Source: Acidobacteriaceae bacterium (GTDB lineage: Bacteria > Acidobacteriota > Terriglobia > Terriglobales > Acidobacteriaceae). Taken from it: a stretch of 64,000 nucleotides of DNA. The stretch lies in assembly GCA_036272255.1 (NCBI GenBank), contig DATAZC010000034.1, positions 716 through 64,715 on the forward strand, read 5' to 3'. A program made the position numbers and the translations under genes. Positions within the stretch are counted from its first letter, which is position 1; each line of letters opens with the position of its first letter. Shown piece by piece: positions 43,717 to 53,831 of this stretch. The notes beneath the pieces are model-generated. The model was not told the origin of the DNA. It made no database searches and was given only the letters and a program-made list of their open reading frames with translations.

Positions 43717-44838
43717 ATGTGGAAATCGCTTCCTCTTCTTTTCGTCGCGCTCGCCGCAATGGCCCAAACTGCGCATCCGATTCTGCCCGTAGGATCGCCC
43801 GCTCCCGATTTCGCTCTCCCGGGTGTGGATGGGAAGGTTCACAAGCTCAGCGATTACGCAACGAGCCCCATTTTGATGGTTGCCTTTATGTGCAATCACT
43901 GCCCGATCTCGCAAATGTATGAGCAGCGAATTCAGAAGATCTATGACGAGTACCGCTCAAAGGGAGTAGCTGTCGTTGTGATCCAGGGTAACGACCCCAA
44001 TGCGATCCGGGTGGATGAGTTGGATTCGTCCGACGTGAGCGACACGCTGGCTGAGATGAAAATTCGGGTGCGGTATAAGCACCTGACGTATCCCTACCTG
44101 TACGGTGGTGCAACCCAGCAGGTGACGCGTGCTTACGGACCGCAGGCCACGCCGCATGTCTTTATCTTCGATCGCGAGCGGCATCTCCGTTACGAAGGCC
44201 GGATCGACAATAGCTACCGCATCGAACAGGTACGCACGCAGGATGCACGCGATGCGCTCAATGCATTGCTGGCGAATCAACCGGTGAAGGTAACGCATAC
44301 CGGCGTATTCGGATGTTCGACGAAGTGGAAGGAGAAGGCTGAGGAGAAGGAAGCGGCACTGGCGAAGATCGATGCGGAACCGGTAACGCTGAAAAAGGTG
44401 AGCGGACTGGAACTGGCGAAGCTTCGCACCAACCCCACCCACCAGATGATGCTGATTGACTTCTGGGCTACGTGGTGCGGCTCGTGCGTGGCTGAGTTTG
44501 CGGACTTGCAGGAAAACCTTCGCCGCTATGGACTACGAGACTTCTCGCTTGTGACGGTCTCTGCAAACCAGCCCGAAGAAGAGGCCAGCGTCCTCCACTT
44601 CCTCCAAAAGCAACACGCCACCAGCCGCAACTTGCTGTTCGACTCCGACGATACTGAGTCATTGCAGAAGGCTTTCGATCCGGCGTGGGATTCGGCAGTT
44701 CCTTACACGCTGCTGCTGTCGGGGGACGGCAAGGTGTTGTACAAGCAACTGGGCACCGCCGATATGCTGCAGCTGCGGCGCACGATTCTTGCCAATCTTC
44801 CATCGGAATATATCGGGTTCAATCGATACTGGCAGTAG
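43717..44838 (+). CDS. Secreted double thioredoxin-fold (redoxin/AhpC-TSA-like) protein
   Basis: GGAGG lies 9 nt upstream, with signal peptide MWKSLPLLFVALAAMAQT. There are two CxxC sites: MCNHCPIS and FWATWCGSCVAEF. Confidence 0.8.
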   Translation: MWKSLPLLFVALAAMAQTAHPILPVGSPAPDFALPGVDGKVHKLSDYATSPILMVAFMCNHCPISQMYEQRIQKIYDEYRSKGVAVVVIQGNDPNAIRVDELDSSDVSDTLAEMKIRVRYKHLTYPYLYGGATQQVTRAYGPQATPHVFIFDRERHLRYEGRIDNSYRIEQVRTQDARDALNALLANQPVKVTHTGVFGCSTKWKEKAEEKEAALAKIDAEPVTLKKVSGLELAKLRTNPTHQMMLIDFWATWCGSCVAEFADLQENLRRYGLRDFSLVTVSANQPEEEASVLHFLQKQHATSRNLLFDSDDTESLQKAFDPAWDSAVPYTLLLSGDGKVLYKQLGTADMLQLRRTILANLPSEYIGFNRYWQ

Positions 44839-44861
44839 GAAATCGCCAGCTTTGCATTTCG

Positions 44862-47324
44862 TCAGGGAGTCGACGGCTGTGTCATGACCAGTGCCCAAAT
44901 GGCCATGGGGCGCATGTACATCGACGCGCGGAAATTTCCGTGGACATCCCAGGCCTCAGGAGTGCGGAACCAGTAGCCGCGGCTCTGGTAGATCACGTGA
45001 TAGAGTCCCCACGCAGTTTTGTACGCCTGGGCGGTCATATTTTCCTGAAGCATAAGCGCAGCAAGACTTGATGTAGTTCCCACCCAGACTTCGCGGGCCT
45101 GCTCATTATTGACGACGGTGCCATCGGGGTTCATGCCGTTGGCGGCGCCCAGATTCCCTCCGCCGAATTTCAGAACATTGAGCGTATAAATCTTGCGGAG
45201 CGTGGCCACCTGCATGGAATGCGGAATGAGGTCGCCGAGTCCGGTCATGTTCGCATACCACTGGCCGGCGAGCTGATCGGCCTGGATGCCGTCGCGGGAC
45301 GCTCCAGTAGCTTCGTAGCGAAAATAGCTACCGGTCCACAGCGCCGCAATGTACGTCTTTTGCGCTTTCAGAAACATAGCGTGGTAAGTGGCTTCAGCCT
45401 GGCTATCGCCGAGCACATGCGCGGTCTGTGCTGCTGCGCGCAATGCGCCTAACCATAAATTGCCACTGTAAGCGCTGACGCCGGAGACGACCCAGGAATC
45501 GTACGTCTGGTCGGGATACCCGCTGTTCTCCGGCACGCCGCCAGGGCCGTTGAACTGCGAGAGGTAGGTGATGGCCTGTTGCATGGCAGGCCACATGTCG
45601 CGGAGAAAGTCGCGGTCCAGACTGCCGGTCAGCGCATAGTCGCGCCATGCTATCAGGACAAACTTGGAGTTAAGGTCCTTCCAGTTATTCGTATCCTGCC
45701 AGCCTGGCTCGTTGACCAGGATAAATGGATCGCCGGAGGGAACGCCGAGGTCGTGGGGAACCGCGCCGCTTCTCTTACGAGGGTGCAGAACGGGATGGTG
45801 AAGCTGTTGGCTCTTCCACACCCACAGTCCTTGCTGGGGGTATTCGCGCGGCACGGTCGCAGCGAAATCGCGCAGCTCCTGCTTTTCGATTTGCGGCCAA
45901 AATTTGAGCAAAGGAAGCGATGAATAAAAACGCACGTCCAGCGTTCCGTAGTAGGCGTAGTCAAAACATTCCAGAGACGCGAAATGAGCCGGGCCTTGAG
46001 GATCTTCGCCGGGCTGTCGACCCCAGAAAGAGCTGCCGTCGGCAAGCTCGTAGAGTTCGTTGAACAGCATTCCGCGGAGCCAGAGCGGCTTACTCGCGTC
46101 GTTGATGTAGGGCGCCTGCCAGCGATCGATTGCGTTGCTCCAGTCAGTGGCGTGCAGCAGACCGTCGCGCGCGATGGCCCATGCCTCATTACCGTCGTGG
46201 CCGTAAAAATCGGTATAGCGGCGGTACCAGACGCGGCCGAGGCCAAACTGGACGGTCGGAAAATCCCACGCAATCACCATGGGAATCGTTTTGCTTTCTC
46301 CTGGCTGCAGCGTGAAGCGGATCGTAATTGCGCCCGCAAGCTTTTCGCTGGCGCTCACCCAGCTGGTGGAGTCGTTGGACAGCGATCCATCTTTCGCGAA
46401 GCTTTCCCATACGCTTTTGCCGTCACCGTCCGCCTGAAAGGTTGTCTGATAGTCCACGGTAACGCCGGGTACTTCGAGAGCTGCGATGGCGAATTGTCCG
46501 GAAGAAGGAGCGGGTTCGGTGCCGGCGCGTTCACGATCAAAGACGATGCCCTTCATGGTCCCTGCAGACGTCAGCGTCTCGCTGGCGAACCGATCGAAAT
46601 TCCCGTTACTCGATGCATCTTTAAACGTCTGGCCGCTTCCCCGAAACCAACCGCCCATATTCGTCCACGAAAGCAGGAGCGAAATATGAACGGCACGACG
46701 CGTCGGATTGTCAGCATGCCAACGGTAGACGGCGACCGGAAAGCTGGTCTCCTTATAGTTGTCCGGGAGGATGGGAGAAAACTGCTCGAGCACAACATGG
46801 GCAGGGAAGCTGTGCAGGCGATAGTCGTACCAGGATTTCGGGTAGAGCGCGCGATAATCGCCAGCACCGGCCGGATAATCCCAGCGCCAGCTGGAGAGTT
46901 GCTTGCCTTGTGGGTGACCGGACATCAGGACCTGAGCAAAGCCGTGCGCATCTCCATCGGACTGCTGAAGCATTGCGAACTGATTAGCGTCGACCGTCGC
47001 ATATTTGTCCACTCCGGGCTCAATATGCCAGCGAACGAAGTCTCCGCGAAAAGAGCGGAGGAATGTGCCTGCGCCGAAGCCTCCGACCGGCGCCCCCTGC
47101 CAGATTCCGTCATCGATCTGGTCTGGCTGAATCGCTCTGCCGTGACCAGGCAGTGGTTGACCCAGAGGACGGCTCCAGGCCGCGAAAGGAATTTCAGGGG
47201 CAGCCCACCCCATGGGCACGATGGCGAGGGTCAGTCCAGCGATCGAAACAAGACCAGAGAGGAACCGCCGAATGGATCTGGAGAAAGGATTTCGCTGGTT
47301 AGCGCTCACAAGGGCTCCGTTCAT
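44862..47324 (-). CDS. GH116-family beta-glucosidase (GBA2/glucosylceramidase-like)
   Basis: N-terminal GAPVGGFGAGTFLRSFRGDFVRWHI motif and a large (alpha/alpha)6-type C-terminal domain typical of GBA2-type enzymes. The N-terminus is signal/anchor-like. Confidence 0.75.
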   Translation of the reverse strand: MNGALVSANQRNPFSRSIRRFLSGLVSIAGLTLAIVPMGWAAPEIPFAAWSRPLGQPLPGHGRAIQPDQIDDGIWQGAPVGGFGAGTFLRSFRGDFVRWHIEPGVDKYATVDANQFAMLQQSDGDAHGFAQVLMSGHPQGKQLSSWRWDYPAGAGDYRALYPKSWYDYRLHSFPAHVVLEQFSPILPDNYKETSFPVAVYRWHADNPTRRAVHISLLLSWTNMGGWFRGSGQTFKDASSNGNFDRFASETLTSAGTMKGIVFDRERAGTEPAPSSGQFAIAALEVPGVTVDYQTTFQADGDGKSVWESFAKDGSLSNDSTSWVSASEKLAGAITIRFTLQPGESKTIPMVIAWDFPTVQFGLGRVWYRRYTDFYGHDGNEAWAIARDGLLHATDWSNAIDRWQAPYINDASKPLWLRGMLFNELYELADGSSFWGRQPGEDPQGPAHFASLECFDYAYYGTLDVRFYSSLPLLKFWPQIEKQELRDFAATVPREYPQQGLWVWKSQQLHHPVLHPRKRSGAVPHDLGVPSGDPFILVNEPGWQDTNNWKDLNSKFVLIAWRDYALTGSLDRDFLRDMWPAMQQAITYLSQFNGPGGVPENSGYPDQTYDSWVVSGVSAYSGNLWLGALRAAAQTAHVLGDSQAEATYHAMFLKAQKTYIAALWTGSYFRYEATGASRDGIQADQLAGQWYANMTGLGDLIPHSMQVATLRKIYTLNVLKFGGGNLGAANGMNPDGTVVNNEQAREVWVGTTSSLAALMLQENMTAQAYKTAWGLYHVIYQSRGYWFRTPEAWDVHGNFRASMYMRPMAIWALVMTQPSTP

Positions 47325-47461
47325 CTGACTGAGTTCGCACGACCCATTAGCGATTGCGCGCAGCGGGGAGGCGGTGCGATACTTCTTCTTCCCTGAGATA
47401 CTAATGAAAGTTTAGGAAGTCAATCAAAGCGTTTCCCGCTGACAGGTGGAAGTGTACAGCA

Positions 47462-48574
47462 ATGATTTCTCCGGCACGATTTCGGCGGCATCCTGCTTCA
47501 TTACGAATCGTCCGGATTGTTCTGTGGACAGCTGCGGCCGCGGCAATCACTGGCTGCGCGCCACAGACCACACAGCAAGCACCACGGGTCCCAACGGCTC
47601 CTGCATTGCAAACGAAGGCGGCGGCCGCTCCCGGACCGCAGGCAGGCAGCGTCCCGGTAGCGCTGGGTCCAGCCTTAGATCAGGTAAACAGGCCTGCGCC
47701 GCATCTGATCGCGTATCTGTTTGCGGGCAAGAAGACAACCTACACGGAGCTGTCGCCCCACGTAAGCTTTGGGAGGATTACGGAGCTTTATCTTGCTTTC
47801 GCGGATCCGCCGAAATGCACGGGTGTTTGCAGCGCTGACAGCGACATGCATTTCTCCATTGACGGAGAAACCGATGCCGACATCGACCGACTCGTGGGAG
47901 CAGCGCATGCTGCAGGCGTAAAAGTCGTGGCCTCAATTGGAGGAGGAGGCGGGGACCAGCGCATCATTCAGTTCTACAACGCTGGCTTGTCCGCGCCGCT
48001 GGTAGCTTCGCTCAATGCATTTGTTGCCCAGCACCAACTCGATGGCGTTGACCTCGACATCGAAGATCCGAGCAATATGGGTCAGCCTTTTCTGGCTTTC
48101 ACCACCGCGCTGACCAGCACATTCCATCCGAAGGGAAAGCTGGTAACCGCTGCGGTGGCAAAGTACCTGCAGGCATCCATGCCGGACGCCGCGCTCCGCC
48201 AGTTCGATCTGCTGAACGTGATGTGCTATTCGTCCTACAGTGCGGCAGTGGCAGCGCTCAATTTTTACGCCGGCGATGAGAAAATTTCGCCGGCAAAGCT
48301 TGTGCTGGGTGTGCCTTTCTTTGGATCGAACGACGATGACAGTCGCGAGGAAAGCTATCAGGCGATTCTCGCTGCCTATCCGAATGCCTGGAAGGTGGAT
48401 CTGGCCGGAGGCGGAGCTCTCGACGACGGACAGGCATTTCACTACGTCGGAGAGACCACCATGGCGGCCGAAACGCAGCTCGCCAGGAAATATGGCGGCG
48501 TGATGTTCTGGGACTGGATGGGGGATGCTGCGGAACCGCACTCCCTTCTGCGCGTAATTGAAAACAACTTGTAG
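47462..48574 (+). CDS. GH18-family lipoprotein (chitinase / endo-beta-N-acetylglucosaminidase-like)
   Basis: Lipobox-like AAAAAITGC. The catalytic DxxDxDxE motif is present as DGVDLDIE. Confidence 0.8.
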   Translation: MISPARFRRHPASLRIVRIVLWTAAAAAITGCAPQTTQQAPRVPTAPALQTKAAAAPGPQAGSVPVALGPALDQVNRPAPHLIAYLFAGKKTTYTELSPHVSFGRITELYLAFADPPKCTGVCSADSDMHFSIDGETDADIDRLVGAAHAAGVKVVASIGGGGGDQRIIQFYNAGLSAPLVASLNAFVAQHQLDGVDLDIEDPSNMGQPFLAFTTALTSTFHPKGKLVTAAVAKYLQASMPDAALRQFDLLNVMCYSSYSAAVAALNFYAGDEKISPAKLVLGVPFFGSNDDDSREESYQAILAAYPNAWKVDLAGGGALDDGQAFHYVGETTMAAETQLARKYGGVMFWDWMGDAAEPHSLLRVIENNL

Positions 48575-48588
48575 CAGAGGTCGACAGC

Positions 48589-49797
48589 TCAGCTCGCAGG
48601 ACTGTCCTGCGGGAGCAGTGCAGGCAGGCTGATTCTGAGGCCTACTTCGATGCCTCCCCATAGTACGGCGGCTTTGCCGAGCACCCCTGAGCGGATATGG
48701 GGAACCGCAAACTCGCTGTCAGCAAGTTTGGCCCGAACGGATTTGAGCAGTACGGGATGGCTGCCGACATCGCCGCCCAGCAGGACGAGTGCCGGGTTGA
48801 GGATGAGTGAGATGTTGACGATGACGTCGGATAGCAATTGAGCGCGATCTTCGACAATATGATGCGCGCGGGTGTCGCGCCCGGCAGCTAAATCAAGGAT
48901 GGCCGCAGCTTTCAGTTGTCGTCGCTCCACGCGCGACTCCGAAGGATCGAGCTTCCAGCTCTTCTCGATTCCCTTGATCGAGAGCACCTTTTCCAGCTCC
49001 CCGAAACGATGCAGGGTGGGGTGTCCTGCGGAGACATTAGGCAGGCGTAGATAGCCGATTTCGCCGGCGGACCACTGGGACCCATGGTGAAGTCTTCCGC
49101 CGACCATGATGCCGGCGCCTACTCCGACCCCGATGGCGATATACACAAAATTGTCTTCTCCCTGAGCCGAGCCACAATAGCGCTCGCCCTGCGCCGCCAG
49201 GTTTGTGTCGTTCTCGATCAGGACGGGACACGCAAATATTTTGGACAGCATGGAGCGCAGCGGCACGTTGCGCCAGTTGTCGAGCGGGCTGACCGCCAGC
49301 ACGAGGCCCTTCTCCACATCGGTGATCGCAGGTACGCCAACCACAAGCGAAACCAGCTGAGCGCGGGATTTCTTGCGCTCACGCAGCATCCGACTCAACT
49401 CGGCCGCGATCATGGAGCAGATTGCCTTGGGCGTAGTAGAGCGGTTGGCCAGGGCAACCTCGCTTCGCGCCAGCTCTTCGCCGTTGAGATCAGCCAGCAT
49501 GAAGCTGACGGAGCGAGCGGCGATCTCAACGGCCGCCGCGCAACCGCGTTCGGCACGGAAACGGATCATGTCGGGGGGCCGGCCCCCATTGGACGTTCCT
49601 TCGCCGAGTGGGGCGATCAGACCGGCAGATTCCAGCCAGGCCACCACATTGGTAACGGTCGGAGCGCTCAATCCGGAGGCTCGGACCAGGTCCGCTCTCG
49701 AGCAAGCGCCCGCTTCCCGCAGCAAATGCAGAATGCTGAGGGCGTTGGTATAGCGGAGAAGGAACGGCCGGCCAACCGGTACTCGCGTTTTTGTCAT
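48589..49797 (-). CDS. ROK-family transcriptional regulator (NagC/Mlc-like)
   Basis: N-terminal winged-HTH (ILHLLREAGACSRADLVRASGLSAPTVTNVVAWLESAGLI) plus a ROK sugar-kinase-like body (GVGVGAGIMVGGRLHHGSQWSAGEIGY). Confidence 0.85.
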   Translation of the reverse strand: MTKTRVPVGRPFLLRYTNALSILHLLREAGACSRADLVRASGLSAPTVTNVVAWLESAGLIAPLGEGTSNGGRPPDMIRFRAERGCAAAVEIAARSVSFMLADLNGEELARSEVALANRSTTPKAICSMIAAELSRMLRERKKSRAQLVSLVVGVPAITDVEKGLVLAVSPLDNWRNVPLRSMLSKIFACPVLIENDTNLAAQGERYCGSAQGEDNFVYIAIGVGVGAGIMVGGRLHHGSQWSAGEIGYLRLPNVSAGHPTLHRFGELEKVLSIKGIEKSWKLDPSESRVERRQLKAAAILDLAAGRDTRAHHIVEDRAQLLSDVIVNISLILNPALVLLGGDVGSHPVLLKSVRAKLADSEFAVPHIRSGVLGKAAVLWGGIEVGLRISLPALLPQDSPAS

Positions 49798-49823
49798 GAT
49801 GCGTTTAGCTCGGTGTCAGCGGG

Positions 49824-50582
49824 CTACCGTCCCCGTCCCAACCAGAGAATTGCATTCTCAAACAGGCGATTTTGAATGTCGCTGGTGAAAATTTTGTCGC
49901 CGTGTCCCATGTTCACGTAGAGCATTCGATACCGGGTGTTGGTCCAGACCACAGGCAGATCGCCGGCCACCAGGGTATCTTTCCAGCCCAATGGATAGTT
50001 GGAAGGAGCGAGGGAGAGCAGTACCTTCACATCCTTGTTATCGCGCGGGTCAGGCCTCCAGATGTACCACTCATTAGCGGGCGCCACAAAAGTCGAGGGC
50101 AGACCGCGGGTAACCGCGTGGGTGCGATTATCGACGATGAGAGTTGCCGGCATCGGCGGCCAGTTATTTGATGCGAAGACAGCGCCGCCAAGGAAATCGA
50201 CGAACCATGGCCAGTTCGTCGAGGAATCGTTGTAGCCGGCGATGTGAAAGCCGAGCCAACCTCCACCCCCCTGCATATATTCCGAAAACGCGGTTCGTTG
50301 CTGTGGAGTAGAGGGCAGTTCGTCGAGCCACAGGAAAAGCTGATATTGCCGAAGCGTGGCGAGGTTCATTTCGTCAAAATCGGTCGTGGCTCTGAAGACA
50401 AAGTGGTCTTTCGCCGCCAGCGCTTGCAGAAAGGGAACCGCCTGCTCCGCAAACGTCACATGGTCCGGCTCCGTGTGCTCGGAATAGAAAGCAAGCACCT
50501 GAAACGACGGCTCCTCCGCGCGCAACAACGCAGGGCCGCACGCGACCACGGCCAGGAGGGCGATACTCAGCAGCAGTCTCAT
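49824..50582 (-). CDS. ThuA-domain protein, secreted
   Basis: Start at ATG 50582 (MRLLLSIALLAVVACGPALLRA), overlapping the upstream stop as ATGA. ThuA-like GGGGWLGFHIAG...HAVTRGLP...EWYIW...VNMGHG. Confidence 0.7.
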   Translation of the reverse strand: MRLLLSIALLAVVACGPALLRAEEPSFQVLAFYSEHTEPDHVTFAEQAVPFLQALAAKDHFVFRATTDFDEMNLATLRQYQLFLWLDELPSTPQQRTAFSEYMQGGGGWLGFHIAGYNDSSTNWPWFVDFLGGAVFASNNWPPMPATLIVDNRTHAVTRGLPSTFVAPANEWYIWRPDPRDNKDVKVLLSLAPSNYPLGWKDTLVAGDLPVVWTNTRYRMLYVNMGHGDKIFTSDIQNRLFENAILWLGRGR

Positions 50583-51370
50583 GGATGTGCCGCCCACAGG
50601 ATTGCGTTGTGAAAAAGCGTTGTGTAGGCCGTGTTCTGAAATAGTTCAGGATGGTGGCCCATAAAGATATATACGTTGCGCGCCTTCACATGTTCATCGG
50701 TCCAGATGACGGGGTGGTCTCCCATCTTGAGTTTCGAATTCGGGCGATACGTGTTCTCGTCCACGCTGGCAAGAACGTGAACGTTGGGTCGGGGACTTTT
50801 GTCGTAGGTGTACCACTCCTCATCCTCAATCTGAAACGAAGTGCCCAGTCCTTTCATGATGGGGCTCGCGGGATCCTCCACTTTGACGGTAGCCGTCGCG
50901 AAGGTGGCGATGTAGTCGGTGAATTGAATTCCACCCATAAACGAAGAGAACCAGTCCCACAGTCCATAGCCGTCGAAGTGGCCCAGGAGTGTAGCGTGAT
51001 GGAATCCGATCCAGCCGCCTCGGCCGTTATCGATGTACTTCTCGAAAGCGCTCACCGCCGCAGGGGACCAGCCATAGGGCGGATAGTTGAGCTGGATGAA
51101 CAGCTGATAGTGCGAGAGGAAAGCGTCGTCGATCCTGCTCGTGTCTTCGAGATAATCGATGGCAAAATTGTCGCGGACGGATTCCTGCTGCAGCCATATT
51201 TTAGAGGCGTCGACATAGGGCTTGTGGATGCCGCCCTTTTCCGCAAGGGCTACCACGTGAAACCTGGGCGGCGCGTTCTGGCCTGGGGCCGCGGCCACGG
51301 ATCCGAAAAAGGCTACTGCGCAGTACCTGGCCAGCCCGGTGCGAATCTTACCGACAAATCCCTTGCTCAT
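50579..51370 (-). CDS. ThuA-domain protein (tandem paralogue)
   Basis: Start at the internal ATG at 51370 (MSKGFVGKIRTGLARYCAVAFFGSVAAAPG). GRGGWIGFHHAT...SPIMKGLG...EEWYTY...IFMGHH parallels the downstream paralogue. Confidence 0.7.
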   Translation of the reverse strand: MSKGFVGKIRTGLARYCAVAFFGSVAAAPGQNAPPRFHVVALAEKGGIHKPYVDASKIWLQQESVRDNFAIDYLEDTSRIDDAFLSHYQLFIQLNYPPYGWSPAAVSAFEKYIDNGRGGWIGFHHATLLGHFDGYGLWDWFSSFMGGIQFTDYIATFATATVKVEDPASPIMKGLGTSFQIEDEEWYTYDKSPRPNVHVLASVDENTYRPNSKLKMGDHPVIWTDEHVKARNVYIFMGHHPELFQNTAYTTLFHNAILWAAHP

Positions 51371-51550
51371 CGCTTGGCTCTTCACTAATACTAAGGAATC
51401 ATTACGAAGTATTGCACAGAAGGGAAGCCCGCGATCGAATCTGAAAGTCGGCACCTGGCGTCGTCGGAACGAGAGGGACAAAAGCTGGGTCTTCAGCGCT
51501 CGCAGCTCAAGAGCTGTTCCGCGGTTCATCGAGCCCCCCGGCAATTCTTA

Positions 51551-52612
51551 TTGCCCGGCTTGGTTGCGGTGCTGTTCTCTGGATTGTTGAACCTGTCAGT
51601 CCAGGCCCAGGAAGTTGCGCCGCTTCAGACCGCTCTCATCAACGCACGCGCGATCGCGGTGAACTCGACAACCCACCGGGTATACGTGGTCGACCAGCCG
51701 AGCGGCCGCGTAGTGATGGTGGACGAAATGAACGATGCATCGACCGCAATCGCAGTGGGAAAGGCGCCGGATGCGCTCGCCATCGACCCACTCCTAAACA
51801 GGATTTACGTCGTGAATTCCGGCAGCGACACGGTTAGTGTGATCGATGGAGCGACAGAGACAGTGACGGCCACGGTTCCTGCGGGGCGAATGCCGTATGC
51901 AATTCAGGTCGATCCGCAACTGCACCGGGCTCTGGTCGCGAATACCTATAGCAGCTTCGTTACGCAGATCGAGGGGCCCACCAACCGGACGACATCGCTG
52001 CCGCTGGGCGCACGAGATGCGGTCGCCCTGGATACAAAGCTCCATCGCGCTTACCTGGTTGGTTACGAGGACGCCGGACTGCTGGTTTTTGAAGAAGGCG
52101 CGGGAACACAACGACGCGAACCCACCGCTATGCACTTATGGGGGCTCGCCGTGGATGAAGCGCGAAGTGTTGTCTACGCGACCGAGTCGCAGAGCAGTGC
52201 GGTCCTGGCACTCGACGAGAGGTCAGGCGCAAAAGCGACGATTCCCACCGGTAATTTTCCCTGCGCCGCTGCCGTTGATCCGCGCACGGGAATTGTCTAT
52301 GTGCTGAATTACGGCGATAACAGCGTCACCGTTGTTGACCGGTCCGTCGGCAAAGCCATTGCGACGATCCCGGTAGGCGATCGTCCGGAGGCGATTGCTG
52401 TAGATGGGGCGACGGGCCTTGTCTATGTCGCGAACACACACGGCGACAGCGTCAGCGTGATCGACGGCAGGTCCAGAAAAGTCATAGCGACATTGCCGGG
52501 CGGTCGTAATCCCTACGCGATAGCAGTCGACGACGCGCGTGACGAAGTCTACGTGGCGAATTTTGGAACGCCCTCTTACACGAAACTCAATACCGCTTCG
52601 CTCCGACGCTGA
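51551..52612 (+). CDS. YVTN-family beta-propeller repeat protein, secreted
   Basis: Repeated ~40-aa units: RVYVVDQPSGRVVMVD, RIYVVNSGSDTVSVID, IVYVLNYGDNSVTVVD, LVYVANTHGDSVSVID, EVYVANFGT. Confidence 0.8.
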   Translation: MPGLVAVLFSGLLNLSVQAQEVAPLQTALINARAIAVNSTTHRVYVVDQPSGRVVMVDEMNDASTAIAVGKAPDALAIDPLLNRIYVVNSGSDTVSVIDGATETVTATVPAGRMPYAIQVDPQLHRALVANTYSSFVTQIEGPTNRTTSLPLGARDAVALDTKLHRAYLVGYEDAGLLVFEEGAGTQRREPTAMHLWGLAVDEARSVVYATESQSSAVLALDERSGAKATIPTGNFPCAAAVDPRTGIVYVLNYGDNSVTVVDRSVGKAIATIPVGDRPEAIAVDGATGLVYVANTHGDSVSVIDGRSRKVIATLPGGRNPYAIAVDDARDEVYVANFGTPSYTKLNTASLRR

Positions 52613-52645
52613 GCTCTCTCTCCGGGCAGATACGTGCGTCGAACG

Positions 52646-53746
52646 TTACTGCTGCATAACGCCGTACTGAAGCCGTGGAGGCAGACGGCAACCGTCTCTC
52701 TCCGCCACGGCGAGAGTGAGCGCCTGAGGAACCAGCAGCGCGGTGATCGCCTCCCACGGCTCCTCAACATCCGCAATGGTTACGGGAAGCAAAAGCTCCG
52801 TTGGCTGATGCTCGTCCGCGGAAATGAGCACGGCTTTGCCGCCGCGGCGGTTGCATTCCTGTGCCAGGCTGACACCCAGGGAAGCGACCCGGCCGAGTGC
52901 CAGAATGATCGCCACATGAGTTCGATCCACGTCGAGGTTGGGGCCATGACGGAAGCCGGCGCCAGTATGCGCCGCTGCTCGGTGCCCCGTGATTTCCCGG
53001 ATACAGAGCGCGCTCATGATGGCAGCCCCATAAGCCGCGCCTCGACCAACAATTTCAATATTTGCAGCACCGCGACAAAACGCTTCCAGATCGGTGCGCA
53101 TGGCAAATACTCGGTCAAGACTGCTGGAAAAGATATCCGCAGCCTGCTCCGCAGCTTTCTGCCACTTACGGGCGAGGATCTCGGACGCGAGAATGATGGC
53201 TGCCGCCGTTGCGTTGGTGTATGTCTTGGTCGCATTGCCGTATTCGGGCCCAGCCAGGACAGGAAGCTTTTCTTTGGCGAGCCGCCAGCAAGTGCTTGCC
53301 GCGTTGTTGCAGATAAGTCCGGCGGGCCGCTCACCGAGTTGCCTGAGCAGTTCAACGATCTCAGCGCTTTCCCCTGAAGCCGTAAGCAGCACGGAGAGAG
53401 ACGCGTCGCTCCATACCGCTGGACCGTAGTGGAGCCACTCTCCGGCATCGAGTGAAAACGATGGCCTGCCCATCGACTGCAGCAGGGTCGACCCGCTGAG
53501 GGACGAACAAAAGGACGCTCCCATGCCGATAAAGAGTACGGGCCCCGGATTTGCGGCCAGCGCACGAAGCCTTGCCATCTGAGAGCGCAGGTCCGGGTCG
53601 GCACGATAAGCAGTAAGCAACTCGCGAAGACGAACCGGTTGCTCCCGACACTCCATCTCCAGGATTTGGGTTCCGCTCGCAGAGAGCAGTTCGGCGGGCG
53701 GCTCTATCCCGGAGATCCAGCGCGGCGCTTGTTGGTTCGATTCCAT
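52646..53746 (-). CDS. SIS-domain sugar-phosphate isomerase/deaminase (GlmS-C/AgaS-like)
   Basis: Two SIS modules: VLFIGMGASFCSS...LLTASGESAEIVELL and EIVGRGAAYGAAIMSALCIRE. Confidence 0.75.
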   Translation of the reverse strand: MESNQQAPRWISGIEPPAELLSASGTQILEMECREQPVRLRELLTAYRADPDLRSQMARLRALAANPGPVLFIGMGASFCSSLSGSTLLQSMGRPSFSLDAGEWLHYGPAVWSDASLSVLLTASGESAEIVELLRQLGERPAGLICNNAASTCWRLAKEKLPVLAGPEYGNATKTYTNATAAAIILASEILARKWQKAAEQAADIFSSSLDRVFAMRTDLEAFCRGAANIEIVGRGAAYGAAIMSALCIREITGHRAAAHTGAGFRHGPNLDVDRTHVAIILALGRVASLGVSLAQECNRRGGKAVLISADEHQPTELLLPVTIADVEEPWEAITALLVPQALTLAVAERDGCRLPPRLQYGVMQQ

Positions 53747-53831
53747 CGTGAGGTCCGTCGTCTCCGGGACTTTCTGATTAAGGTTTATAAAGATTTGAGT
53801 AAAAGGCTATCATTTCGATTCGAGGTCAGCT

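Noticed and set aside
45984-47396. 470-aa plus-strand ORF
   Set aside because: It is antisense to the GH116 gene, whose family motifs are clear. The antisense product has no motif.
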